The position numbers and the translations under genes were made by a program. Source: Lama glama (taxonomy: Eukaryota). From it: DNA of 64,000 nucleotides. Below the pieces are notes generated by a model, which saw nothing but the letters and a program-made list of their open reading frames with translations, had not been told where the DNA came from and searched no databases. The DNA is taken from NCBI GenBank assembly GCA_028534125.1, contig CM052817.1, positions 52,144,001-52,208,000 on the forward strand, read 5' to 3'. The first letter of the stretch is position 1; every line of letters begins with the position of its first letter. Below, piece after piece: positions 12,491-25,697 of this stretch.

Positions 12491-13859
12491 ATATTTGGAG
12501 GAAATTCTGATGTAATCATTATATCGAAGATTTATTTTTATATATGTGCTGTGAAACTTGAAAGGTATATAGCATAATGGTTGACAAAGGTTTGATACAG
12601 AAATATAGAAGGTTTATAGGAAAGGATGCTCAGATACAAAAATAAAATATAGGTATATGAGGTGCAAGTTAAAATATGTAAGCTATTTTATTTATACGTT
12701 TTATATTGAGAGGGAAAAGATACAACGTGTTAAAAGTTAATGAAGTTAAACTATACCATTTTAGAATGTTGAGTACTTCAGTCTACTGTTATGTGAGATG
12801 ATAAAAGTATATACATGAAGGTTTAGGTGAGCACATACTGTGATGGATAAGTAATAGCAAGGGAAGAAGTAATTATTTGAAGCTGGCTAAGAAGTAAAAG
12901 AGGCACGTGGGTCACCAGAGAGTGTTCTTGGAAGACTTAGAGAATTTGCATATGCCACAATTCCTTGGGTATTCAAGGCAATGCTGTCACCCAAAGGAAT
13001 GTGAGTCTTTTGGACTGGCCACATTTAGCTAGAAATCTAAAGTCATAAGTGGGCTGGATACAGAAATTGATAAAAACTGTGTGGGATTGTTTGGAAGAAG
13101 TATGGAAAACATGTGCCAAAGTAATGGTCACTTTGGAAAAGTAGTTAGCAATTATGTGTTAAGCATGAATACTAGCTTTAGAAGGTTTCAGTATATTACT
13201 ATTAATATGGTCCTTGGCCTTTGTTGTATAGTGTGACTATATTTTATTGCCCAATTGTCTATTGTTTCTTAATGTATTGTCTTCAGAGTATTGTGTAATT
13301 GTATTGTCCAGAGTCTCAAGTCAATCACTGTGAAGATCTTAGTAGAATGAAATGTTGAATATAAAGAGTATTTATCAATAGATTAAAGATCTATGAAAGT
13401 GAGCATTTAAACTAAAAAGACATTCGTAAAAGGAATATAAGTGGCTAATAAACTCATAATAGCACAATCATTCCAAAGAAATACAAATTAAATAATAATG
13501 AGATGCTTGTTTTAATCAATTAAATAACAAATGCCATTTTTACTACTTAGGAAGGGTAGAAACGGTGGGATTTTGAGGCAGAAGAGCAGGCTAATCATTT
13601 TGAATTCAATTATATCCACTAGAAGTGGAGTACCCATTAAACTAATTGGGAGAGAAAAAAAATCAATATTTTGTTTCCTCTTGAAACTTCAGCTTTAAAC
13701 AAATACTAAAAAGAGGATACATTTGTTTAAAACATCACAAACAAAAATTATGGGCTTTACAAAGCAGTTTTCAAAACCCTAAATAGCTCCATGTGAGATT
13801 CATGAGATTTCAGATGCTTTTAACCTCCCACCTCCCCACATACTTGCCTTTTAACTCTC

Positions 13860-13922
13860 AGAATTTAACATAGTATCTGGCATGTACTTGGCACCAAATA
13901 AATATTTATTGAGTAAATAAAC
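13860..13922 (+). mobile_element. L2 3' end
   Basis: atagtatctggcatgtacttggcaccaaataaatatttattgagtaaataaa. Confidence 0.65.
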
Positions 13923-14029
13923 TAGTAATTTGTCAGTTGTCTCCCTTTTGATTACAATTTCAGAAAAAAATGCAAATTGTTTACCTTGAAAAGTTCCCTC
14001 AGGAATCAGATGCAAATATTTATTTGTAT

Positions 14030-14200
14030 GTAATAGTTAAGATAAAAAATTAATGTTTTATATATAAGGATAAAATTAGAAATTAATATTTTATATATAG
14101 GAATAAGATTTAATATTAAAATTTAATATTTAATAGGATTTTATATTATAAATAATATAAAATAAATATAAATAATATAAATAATATAAAATACTATAAT
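14030..14200. repeat. AT-rich low-complexity tract with (aataatataa)n units
   Basis: Seen directly. Confidence 0.85.
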
Positions 14201-14371
14201 GTTAAATAAAACAGATAACGTAAGCTAAAATTTTAATAGTGTATGTATAGAGATAAAAATAGAAATGTATCTTCTTAGAAACAACAACAAAGTACAAACA
14301 CCAAATGTAGACTATGACATAGACTGTAAAAATATTTGTAACTTGTTTATTTCTGGAGTTGCAAATGATAA

Positions 14372-14500
14372 CATCTTCATTCATTGAATACATATCTATT
14401 GAGAACCTGCTCTGCATCACTCTTCTAGACATTGAGACTATATTGTGAACCAAACAAGTCTTCCCACTCACCGTTCCCACTCAAGAGGTTAAGAGAGTTC
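14372..14500 (-). mobile_element. L2 3' end
   Basis: cttcattcattgaatacatatctattgagaacctgctctgcatc is the reverse of the L2 tail. Confidence 0.65.
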
Positions 14501-14519
14501 TAGTAGATAGTTGTTGATA

Positions 14520-15197
14520 TTTCTCTTGGGCATGTATCTAGGAGTGGAATTTCTACTTCGGATAGTAACTCTATAGTTGTTTGTAGAATTGTTAGGCTAT
14601 TTTCCAAAGTGTCAGCATCAATATACATTCCCAACAGCATACATTCCCAACAGTATGAGGTTTCCAATTTCTTCATATCCTCTTAATACTTATTACCAGA
14701 GTTTTTGATTATAGCCATCCTAGTGAATGTGAAAGTGTTATTTCATTGTGGTTTTGATTTACATTTCCTTGATAGCTAATGATATGGGTTATCTTTTCAT
14801 GTGCTTATTGGCCATTTATATATGTTCCTTGGATAAGAAAAAATATTCAGATGCTTTTCTCATTTAAAAAATTAGGCAATTTCTCTTTTGATGATTGGGT
14901 TGTATGGGTTTTAGTATATTCTAGATACGAGTCCCTTATCATATATATGATTTTCAGATATTTTTTTCCCATTCTGGGGGTGTCTTTCACTTTTTTAGTG
15001 GTGTCTTTTGAAGCATAGTTTTTACTTTATATGCAATTTAACTTGACTATTTTCCTTTTTCCTCTTCCTTCCTTTCTTCCTTTCTTTCTTCCTCCTTTTC
15101 TTCCTTTCTTTCATTCTCTTTTTTTCTCTCTTTTGCTTTGACTTTGTATCTAGAATCATTTACCAAAGCTGAAGTCATGCAGATTTATACCTATGCC
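14520..15197 (-). mobile_element. L1 (L1MA/MB-type) ORF2 3' fragment with an internal CT-rich simple repeat (~15050-15135)
   Basis: ctaggagtggaatt, ttatagccatcctagtg, cattgtggttttgatttacatttcc, ttttcatgtgcttattggccattt. Confidence 0.88.
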
Positions 15198-15202
15198 CAT
15201 TT

Positions 15203-15710
15203 TGTTAGGTCAAGTGGCCTTCAGGGACTTTAAACTGACACTAAGCCCCACATGTTAGTGCATGCCCTGGATTACAGCCTACAGAGTCATCAGCAAATGT
15301 AGGCTTCTGATATGACTTTCCCAGGAGCCCTTGTGATCAACAGTCCTTCCTGCCTCCCAGTGCCTCTTCATTGTGTGCCTCTTCATTGTATGCCTCTTAG
15401 ATAAGATCCTTGTGGACCTTAATAAAACCACACTTTTTTAATTTGAATTGGCCAATCCAGCCTTTGCCCAGAAACCCCAAAGCATTCTACCTGCAGACTC
15501 TAATAAAGGCGTGTGTCCCAGGTCTTGTCTCTCTCTCTCTGTCCGCACTCTGCCTTGACCTCCCTGTGTGGCCCCCTAGGCCTGCAGTCTACTTCCTCCA
15601 GGACCTGTGAGGAATAAACTTCTCTATTTTGGTTTCCCTTGTGGTCTGTTGTTGAATCTCAGCTAACTAACTGGTACCCTGTGCTATACTTAACAAGTGT
15701 CAGTTTAACA
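15203..15710 (+). mobile_element. ERV solo LTR (class I-like), family unassigned
   Basis: TGTTA...TAACA termini, ggccaatc box, TATA-like ctaataaagg, CT-rich R region and aataaa near 15613; no clear TSD. Confidence 0.7.
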
Positions 15711-17587
15711 GGTGTTAGCATAACGCCAGGGCTCTCCTGCTCTCTCAGGTATTCATAGACACACTGAAGCTTCCTGCAGTATCTCTGCTGAGTTGAGCAT
15801 CAGACACTGGTATGTAAATTCATGCAATCAACTCTGATTACATAAACCTCAATCTTCACAGTACTAAGACAACTTGCACTCTGTTGTGAAATGAGAGGAG
15901 AAATATCTAGTCATTTGGGGGTTTATTGTTATAGGGATCCTACAGAATTTAGTGAGATAGCTCCTTTAGTTAATGTAAATCTTCTTCCTTTCCTCTAAAT
16001 ATATTCTGTTACCAGGTCAAGCATCAGATACTATGCTATCTGAAACTATTACCTTCCTTTGACTTTCAGTCTTTTCAGTCACCCACACCTCACCATCACT
16101 TCATCATATCATATTTGAGACAAATTCTCTTTAAATAGCTGCATCCCAAAACCTTCTTTCATTTCAACTTGATAATCCAATGCCACACTTTTTGCTCTCA
16201 GCCTTAACGTTATACCATACATTATTGTCTTGATATAAATAATGTTTATGGTTCTAGGGTTTTGTTTTTGTTTGTGCTCCCCAATCTAAATCACTGAATG
16301 TAATTAGATAATTGTGATAGTATAAATCCCTGCTTCTAGCAGTCACAGATTGTATTAAATACTGCAGTGCTCTTATTATTTTCCTGTTTAAATCTGTCTC
16401 TAAGCTCTCAATACCTATAGGATACTGTTTGAATTACGTATATTCACTATTAGAGTCAGCTAGTACTTCAGATAGTCAGAGTACTTCAAAGTGGGGACTA
16501 AGAAAGACAGCATTCCCCATGGAGCCAGTGGTACACAAGAGTCCAGCCTCTGGTTTAGTGAACAAATATGAGAGGGCTGTAAATGAATGTAGTCTCATCA
16601 ACTCTCCTCGTTATGTGCCCACTTCCCCACAAGAATGCTGTATGTCATGCCTCCAACAGGAGGACCAATACCAGGTCCAGCCTCCTATCCACAAGGTCGG
16701 GAGCTGGGTGCCCAGGGCATCTAGTGTGTGCGGTAGGGGAAGGGTTAACAGAGGTGGGTGAAGGTGGGTTGGGGAGTAGAGGATCAGGAGAAAGAGAAAA
16801 GATGAGATTCAAAGTAGACTTTTTTCCAAAGGGATTAGCTAATCAAAGAAGATGGAATGTTGAACTTGCAGATGAAGGTCACTTAGCTGAGCTACTGTGG
16901 GAAAGACTGAAATATCAGACTATCTCAGATAAGTAGGAAGGTCCTCAAGCTCGATGACTTTTAGTTAATCTCTTAGAAGGAGAGAGTGCCAGGGTATCAT
17001 GTTAAAAATACACAAAGTACTGTGCTTCACTCCTTTATACATGGTAACAAAGTTTCTGAAGATGAAATTTTTTTTTTACTAGAATTAATATTTTTGGTTA
17101 ATAGCCATTATATTTTAAGTTCTCTAATAAAGAACAATTATTAGGAATTAGGTCTTTATTTTATTCTACCCATTTGAATAACACAATAAATTAAAAAATA
17201 ATGAAGAAGTTAATGTCTTTCAATTTTATTAGGTTACTCAGGAGACTATATATACATAAAACTATATTTTGCCTAGGATCTTTTTGAATTTTACAATTTT
17301 TAATCATTGTCCTTTATATAAATACTTTAAAATGAGTTCCAAATTAACTGTCTGTTTCTCCTTCCTGTTGGTTAATTTTACATGTAAGAATTATTGTAAG
17401 AGTCTCTAAAACTCCATAAGCCAGAAGCATGCTACTTGTTTCCTGGGGTTCTGGTTGAAATAGTTCACTAATTTTCTTTTAAAATGAGAAAAAAGAGGTG
17501 AACACAGCAAGACAGTTCTCTACTTGAATGCTACTATGCAGCATCAGAGATTTTTTTAATCATTCAATTTAGATTTGTCTTTGGTAG

Positions 17588-17678
17588 CTTGAAGAAGAAA
17601 AGCCAGCAGTTGTTCCCATAAAAACAACCATTCCAGGTGGTTGTCAGTTATCAGGTACAATTACAGCTTCACAGTTAG
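17588..17678 (+). CDS. Candidate internal coding exon, 91 nt, phase 0-1 (LEEEKPAVVPIKTTIPGGCQLSGTITASQL-)
   Basis: Acceptor atttgtctttggtag|, donor TAG|gtatgt; only one frame open; higher GC and purine-rich gaagaagaa relative to AT-rich unique flanks. Confidence 0.4.
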
Positions 17679-19756
17679 GTATGTCTCAACTTGCTAAGGA
17701 ACTGGAAAGTAATGCTAAAAACATATGAAGGGATATTATCATAAATAAGAGAATTAGAATAGAAAATTATTGTTATATAGAAGGTTATTATATAGATGTT
17801 ACAGATTAAACTTATTCACATCACTGAAAACACAACATAAAAGTATATTTTAAGACCAACTGGATAAATGACAAAGCATACTTGGAAAATTCCATATGAT
17901 TCTCAATTAAAATGATGCATTCAGAAATAAAGATTTTAGTTTAAAATAGTTATTCACATATCTTGATAGCCGGTGCAGTGGGCACTGAACTAAGTTTATT
18001 TGCAACAAATTCTTAGAGGCAGATTAATACGTGCAAGTCACTAGCAATTTTTTGTTAAATAGAACAGATTGGTAGTGTTACTTACCAGATAGGCTGAAAA
18101 AAAGTCATTTGCCTTGTTACATGAGGCATTTCCTATTTTCTATTACTTCATAACTGCATTCAAATATGCAAACAGGATTAAAAACCTAAGTTTATTATCC
18201 TCCACTGTTAAAATCAAAATAAGACAGAGAAAATATTTTTTAAAAAGTGAAAACAAAAATTTCTAAGAACTAAGAAAAAAACCGTATGTATCATTAGTAC
18301 TTCTAACTAAGTTTAATGTATTTTTTTGTATTTTATATTAATGTTAGAGAAACAAGTTTTCCAGTATATTTGAGTTCTTTGGACAGACGTATGAAAGTAT
18401 ACTAGCACTGTGCCTTCAGATCACTATATGCCATAAATTCCTACATGGAGCTATAAAATGACTTTCTCTGATGATCACTAACACGATGCTTTGTGGAACC
18501 AAGCTTTTAAAGAAAGAGATAAGCATCAGGAAGTCTCTTCAATTCTTGTTTGTGCAATTAACAGTGCTGTATATAGTTGGAGTCTGGGTCTGAAAAACTC
18601 ACAGATGAATGGATACTATATTTATGTTGTTCACTCTGTATGTCAGATGATTTAATTGGCACATAGAGATTGAGTTGGAATGAAAGGGTAAAATCTGGAG
18701 ATAATTATTTTAAGACTATAGAGAAAAGTGCATAATGATGATGAAAATAGTTTTTAAATTGAATTAAATAAATGGATGGTTTCTTAATGACTGAAGAGAA
18801 GTGATAGTGAGAAACTGGGTATAATAAGCATATTTATTTTATTGAAATTATTTTTGAAATTGTTCCTTTAACAATCTATATTGGGGAAATATGAACAAAG
18901 ATATGATCAAAGATTCATGTACTTGGATAGACTGTGTTGTCTTATGTGTTTTATCTAAAATTTAGAATCAAAGATTTGATGATAGAGTAATTGTAAACAA
19001 TCACTATAAATTGACATGATATGCTATTAGTAGTCATTACATCACTTACTTGATGAATCTTTACAGACATGAGAAAATGGTCCTAATAGTTACAGAGAAC
19101 TGATATAAAATCAAGGTTAAACGTACATACTATATAACAAGAATTTTATAAGAAATTATATACCTATATGAAAACAAAATACTACAAAAAGAAAGAGTTC
19201 ATCATGGTAACATTGTTCTCTAAATAGTAGGATATTTTGCATTTTATTTTACTTTCCAAATGATCTACAGTGGTATCTAGTATTTTTTTAATTAGAAATG
19301 AAATATGTTCAAAACTTTTCCAAAATTTTTGATACAATGATATCTATAATAAATGGCTCATTTTGATGTGATAAAATTACAAAGTAAAGCAAAATAAAGG
19401 TTGATTTTGCTTAAAATTTTCCCATTCCATTTTTGTCATAAATATATTATACATGGATAAAATTAATTTGAACAGAAATATATTTATCTATCCCTCAAAA
19501 TAAAGACCGTAAGAAAATTCTTAAATAGCATAAAATTATTAATGAAATTATTTATCTTGTAACTGCATAAAATTCTCATGTTATATTTATTTTTAAGAAT
19601 TTATTTATTTGTGTTTATTTTTAATAATTGAGAATTCTCTAAATTCCTATGCTCATCTTTGCCTTTTTAAATTTAGAGAATATAGTCTCTGGGTGAAGAA
19701 TATTTTCCCATTATTTCTCTATTTGTCTTTTAAGAGTTTACTTGCTAAATTCTTAG

Positions 19757-19785
19757 GGCTTTTATTCAATTCAGATACAAATCAG
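19757..19785 (+). CDS. Candidate micro-exon, 29 nt, phase 1-0 (-GLLFNSDTNQ)
   Basis: Acceptor gctaaattcttag|, donor CAG|gtttaa; restores frame between the 17588 and 28631 candidates. Selected partly for frame fit. Confidence 0.22.
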
Positions 19786-22269
19786 GTTTAAAGACAAAAA
19801 GCCAGTGTAATTGTAAATGAGAAGATTTAGCAAACATGGAGTTACGTATATATGCCAGCATGGGTTTGCTTTTATTGGGCACAATAACTTTTTCTTAATT
19901 AAAAGCTAGCTAGATATACAGTTGAGAAGAAAAGAAACTCAGCAAATATTTGCAATTACTTCATTGAGACATAATGCACAGAAATTTGGTACTAAATACA
20001 TTGCTGGGCAGTGTTCAATAGTAGAATTAGCCAAGGCTGGTCAATTACTTTGATTATAACAATATGGAGAAATAACAGTCTAATACTAACGTAATAAAAA
20101 TCAATAAACTGATCAATAGGCAAATCTTCTATCAAGAATTTGAAGTACTTCTATCAGGCTTTCTGCTGTAATCGACTCTTGATTAACTTAACATGTTTAA
20201 TGACTGTGAAATTGTATTTCTACTGAGACAATGCACATCTGGAATAACAGCACGTAATTCAGCCGCCTCCAGAGTCCCATGGCATTGAGCACAAGACTTC
20301 AAATGGAGTCCTCACAGTGGAAATGAAGCTTGTTCTTTGACATGCTAATGCCTGTCTTGGCTGGGTCTCATTTTAGACTTGCCGGTACAACAGACAACTT
20401 CAAAGTGTCAGGGGGGTACTTTAAAGTTACTGTAGCATTTGCTTATTTTGAGGAATACACACTCTTACTATTAGATGAACGGTTTGGACCTTCTCTGTCT
20501 CACTTTCACCTTATCATCTTTAATTAGTGCAAAACCCATGAGTCCCAGCCTGTGAGATCAAATGGAAATGCCTGTTTGATGATCCAAATGCCTTAAGAGG
20601 CAAATGGAGGAGCAGCTGTTTTGTTTAAAATGAAGGAAAACAGAAGGTAGCATAGAAGAAAAGCGTGTGAAAACTTAATCATCTCCAAATGCTAAATGGC
20701 CTTGTCATAGTTACAAGATGTGAAGGGTAATAACTGGAAATGTTTTCTACTGAAGGTTCTTATTCTACAAAAATCCCTCCCCTCTTAACTCTGGTGTTGG
20801 GGGCTTAGTTCAGACATGCAAATTATCCCTTGAGCTCATATTTCCGCACTATCAACCTAAGGAATGTTCAGTGAGTGCAATTTCCCAGTTTGAGCTTGAG
20901 TTCCCAGCCATGGAGGAAAATCTCTGAAGCCTGGAACAGTGAAACTGAGAATTTGCAAGTTTGAAGTTCGATGCCATTAATGTGAGAGTTAATTCCCATA
21001 AAATTTGTCAAGTCTTATATCCATGCTAATTGTAGCAAAAATCTAATAAAATATTGGTATTCATTAGCCTTTTTTAAAATGCTGAAAATATATGGACTAC
21101 AAAGTTGAGTTATATTCTTGGACATAAGAAAACAAAATCTTAATATTTGTTTTATTTAGTCACAGGATCTATAAAATACATTTAAAAAAAATCAAAACTA
21201 CCATAATATGACTAGAAATATATGTATTGACCAAAGTATTATCAACTGGTAGAGACAGACCACAAGGTTTTTACTTGTATCATGCACCTTGTCTGAAGAA
21301 CCACATCAAAGTAAGATAAAACTGATGGAAATGAGAAACTTGACAAAATTGTTCCAGTTTTCAGGTGGCTGGATCTCTAGACTCACAACTATTATTTATA
21401 TCACATGACATTAATTTGACTAATCATACTTTTTCATACTTAGTTTGTAGGATTAGATAACATAATACTTCATGCTATTGATATATTAAATTGAATTGAC
21501 TCAACAGCTAAGAGAAATGGTACTACAGTTGAAAATTTCTCTTCCAGCAGGAGACTTACTTCCAAGATAGTCTTAAATGTTGTTATAGTTATTTCTCCCA
21601 TTCTTAGGCCCCAAAGAGTAGACATTTCTAATATTATCTTATACCCTCTTAGAAACAGAATGCTAGGTAAATGCACTGTTTCTGAATAGACTCTGGTCTT
21701 TTCATGTGCTTAAAGCAAGGGCCATTAGTTTTAGTGCTCTTGAGTAAAATGATTAAGCAGAACTATTGGCGTGCATTTTGTGAGGGAGCACATAACAGGC
21801 AGTGCAGTCATCTTGATAAGGCGCCAGACACATCAGAGAGTGGATATTTTCCTCTGAGCCTGATACAAGGGCAATGCAAGAGCTTCTGCAGAGAGTGCAG
21901 TCCATTAAACAGTGATGACCTAATTCACATTCAGTTCAGTAACTGGGTCAGGATGCAATAACTTTGTATAGAATTATGCAACTTTAGATCGAAAAGAGCG
22001 AAGGAGCCCTTACGTGCATCCCTCTTATTTTACTGAAACTTGGGCTACAGTGAGTTAAAAACACAAAGGAAAAGGCATGTGTGGTAATGAGAATCTTAGA
22101 AATTTAGAACTGAAAGAAATTGTATCTGTCTCTTCTCCAAGTCCCCCATTTCACCGTTATGGTAAAACAAAGCTCAAAAAAGATAAATATTTGGCTTATG
22201 ATCACATTTTAGGTTACAGAACTGAAATTACACCTTTTCTGTTCTTACAGAAGCCTTTAAGCCATTAAT

Positions 22270-22420
22270 GTCACAGACTCTGGAATTAGATTGTCATGGC
22301 TCAGTTCCTGAACCTCCTAATAAGTATAGATGTGACTTCCAAAATGTTAACTAATGTTTGTGTGTGTGTATCTGTGTGTGTGCCTTTGGCTTCTCACTTG
22401 TGAAATGGGAGTGAAAATAA
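22270..22420 (+). mobile_element. MIR fragment
   Basis: cacagactctggaattagattg...tgtgac...ttctcacttgtgaaatgggagtgaaaata. Confidence 0.6.
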
Positions 22421-22424
22421 AGTA

Positions 22425-22850
22425 TATGTTTTATTATCTATCCCTAGAACAAGGATATTCTCTTACACAACACCATGAACATCATCATACCAAAGGTGTT
22501 TAACATTGATGCAATACTGACTAATGCGCAGTCCATTTTCAGATTACTCCAGTTGTCTGCAAGGTACTCGTCCACCTATTTTCCCATGCTCTTTCAAAGC
22601 CCTTTCTTTCAGTTCTTAGTAGTCAGTGTTCTGATTCAAAAGGTTCACCGCAGTATTGGTTCACTCAGAACCGGCTTCCATTCGATGTGGAGTGCTTTTG
22701 TCACCTCAACAAGGGCTCTGCTACTTTATTTTCTCACACAATCCCTACCTGACACTCCACTCTTGAGTGGCTTTACTTTTATGAGATTGAAGTTTGTAGT
22801 TTCTCCCATTTATGTTACTAGTATGGGTTTTGCTTATCTGTAACAGGAGA
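22425..22850 (-). mobile_element. L1MC4/5-like 3' UTR fragment
   Basis: cctagaacaaggatattctcttacacaac...tttaacattgatgcaatact...cagtccattttcagatt. Confidence 0.6.
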
Positions 22851-23994
22851 TACCGATTTAAGTAGTTGGCATTAACTTATGGAAAATTCAGAGGCTCTTC
22901 TTTTCTCTTTATTCTGTTCCTTTTCCTTTTTCTTCTTCATATCATTACCATCATCATCATCACTTTTATGCTCATCATCTCCAACCAAAGCGTCTTCATG
23001 AGTCTAAACAATCAAGGCTACAGTGATACTGCTGGTATAGGCTGGCATCTATGGAGACGGCATGTTTGCAAACAGAATAGTTCAAATAAAATTGATATGA
23101 ACTTACTTACTTTGATCTTACCGCTTATTTAGCTTATTTTCTTTCGTGTTTTTTTTCCTATAATCTGGTTCCGTTTTATATTCCTGGATAGTGGCCATTT
23201 TCCTTCTTAATGTTTTTTACTTATTTTTTATGGATTTAGCTATGGCTACCTCAGTATTAGTAATGTTACATGTTCTTATTTTAAAATACTTTAGTATCTC
23301 TTATTATAAGTAGAAGTTGCATGTGTATATGTGTTTGTATGTGTTATTTGTATACCTATTAATATCCCCCCCTTTTTTAAACTATGATGAATCACTGATT
23401 AATTTAGATCTGAATGGAATCTTAGATATTTAGCGTTAAAGTTTATATTTAATGGCTCCCTAAATGGAAAAATGATCTCAGTTCCAATAATAGCTCTCCC
23501 TATTTTAATAAACATTTTGATAATAAATTTGAATGTTCTCATTCAAGTTCCAGAAAAGTATGATTAAGGGAAATTACCCACTAAAGAATGGTTTCTCCAT
23601 GCAATTCCATTTCGTTTTCCCTAGGCTACACACAAACACAAAAATGAGGATATTAGTACGGCCAGAGTATTAAAAGGAAAATATTTCAGTCCATCTACTT
23701 GTGAGAAATTAATTCCATTACCAACGCTGACTTATCCCAAACAACTGGGAATTCCCAAGTGAGTATCTCACAAGTACTCTGCAAACATGTCTTCCTGGTG
23801 GCTCATACCATTTTTCTTCTTTCCTCCACAGGTAACCTTGGTGACATCTCCAGTTGCTTCATACTTAAAAAATAGCATCTATGTTGCTGATGCTAGGCAA
23901 AGATATTGCTATGTGCTAAAATATCAATTTTGCTATCATGACTTCTAATATCAAGATTTAGAGCTTTTGCTGCCTTTAAAATAAATACGATTCA

Positions 23995-24487
23995 GAAGGT
24001 TATCATGGTTTGACTTTTGATTTTTCAACTTTATGATGGTGCAAAAGATATACACATTCAGTGGAAGCCCTCATTCAAATTTTGAATTTTGATCTTTTCC
24101 TAGGCTAGAGATATTCAGTATGATGCTCACTGATGATGCCGGGCAGCGGCAGCGAGCTGCGGGTCCCAGTCAGCCATGCAGCGTGAATAGTCGATACACC
24201 TGCAACTATTCTGTATCAAACAGCCATTCTGGCTTTCACCTTCAGTGCAGTATGCAATAAAGTACCTAAGATACTCAATACTTTATTATAAAATAGGTAT
24301 TGTGTTAGATAATTTTGCCTAACTAACTGTAAACTAATGCAGATGTTCTGAGTACATTTATGGTAGACTAAGCTAAGCTATGATGTTTGGTAGGTCAAGT
24401 GTATTAAATGCATTTTTGACTTAATGATATTTTCAACTTAGGATGGGTTTATTGGCTATCACCCCATCATAAGTCAAGGAAGAGCTG
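23995..24487 (-). mobile_element. Tigger5/MER47-type DNA transposon derivative
   Basis: gactaagctaagctatgatgtttggtaggtcaagtgtattaaatgcattt...gatgggtttattgg...accccatcataagtcaaggaagagctg|ta matches the MER47 terminus. Confidence 0.85.
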
Positions 24488-24853
24488 TAATCATTCTTGT
24501 CAGTTTGCTCATATCAGTGCTGTAGTCCTTTCAGTAGAAATAGTCATAAAAGAGGACTTTAAATTCTATCTTGCTTTCCTTTCACAGTTGTATACCCTTG
24601 ATTTTAGATACATGTTCATAGATATGTGATTATTAATTCAAAAGTATTATTTAATTAACATAATATTCTTTCAGTATTTATTGAAAGGTGCTGCTTTAAC
24701 ATAAAGCATGCTTCTACACTATGCAGATATGAGAGAGAGGAAAAAGGAAAAGTTTCTGCATTCACAAAGGTTTCCATTATCAAGAAAGTTAGGCAATTTA
24801 TTTAAAATATGATTAAATTTGCAATAGTGAAACCACAAGATAGTATCACAATA

Positions 24854-25322
24854 TAAGCATACCTCAGAGATACTGCAGATTCAGTTCCAGACCTCTGTGA
24901 TAGAGTGAATAATGCATTATTGTGAATCACACAATTTTTTTGTCCCCTAGTGCATATAAATGTAATGTTTACACTATACTGTAGTCTATTAGGTGTGCAA
25001 CAGTATTATGTTTGAGAAAGCAGTGTATATATATTAATTAAAAAACATGTTACTGTTAAAAAATGCTAACCATCATCTGCGGTCATCCTGTTTTTGCAAT
25101 AGTAACATCAAAGACCACTGATCACAGATCACCATAAAAAATATAATAATAATGATAAGTTTGAAATACTGCAAAAACTACCAAAACATGACACAGAGAT
25201 ACAAAGTGAGAAAATGCTGTTGGAAAAATTGTGCTGATAGATTTGCTTGACACAGGGTTGCCACATACCTTCAATTTGTAAAAAGCAGTATCTGCAAAGC
25301 TCAATAAAGCAAGGTATACCCG
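24854..25322 (-). mobile_element. Tigger1 internal-deletion derivative (Tigger1a-like), both ends present
   Basis: ta|taagcatacctcagagatactgcag ... gcaaagctcaataaagcaaggtatacccg|ta; both Tigger1 termini with flanking TA. Confidence 0.92.
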
Positions 25323-25697
25323 TATATAGGTGGGAGGCTCTTCTAAAGGTCATCTAGGCCTTTTGGGGAAGTGATATTTAAGTATTTGAGATGAGGAGGA
25401 AGGGTGAGGTTTAGGCAGGTGGAAAGAATACTGTGAAAAAGTGTTTTAGGAAGAAGAGACAGCTCTGGTGAGAGTAATCTGAGAAACCAGAAGATATACA
25501 GGGTTACTCAAGGCCCTCCATTTAGAATGGTGTAGAGAAATGGTGTAGAGGCAGAAATGATTGCAGGGGTCAAATTTTTAAAATTCTAGTTAGCTGAAAT
25601 AAGGAATTTATATTTTCCCTCAAATGAAATAAAGTGCTAAATGGTTTGGGTTTGTCAGTAACATGATCTGATTTATGTTTAAAAGTAAATTGCTCTG

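Noticed and set aside
18347..18389. Possible small exon (ETSFPVYLSSLDR)
   Set aside because: Fits the chain only with a rare GAG acceptor and a weak GAC|gtatga donor.
23811..23950. Strong acceptor tttttcttctttcctccacag at 23831
   Set aside because: No downstream donor; phase 1 stops after about 14 codons. It cannot be distinguished from a chance pyrimidine tract, though a cryptic terminal exon is not excluded.
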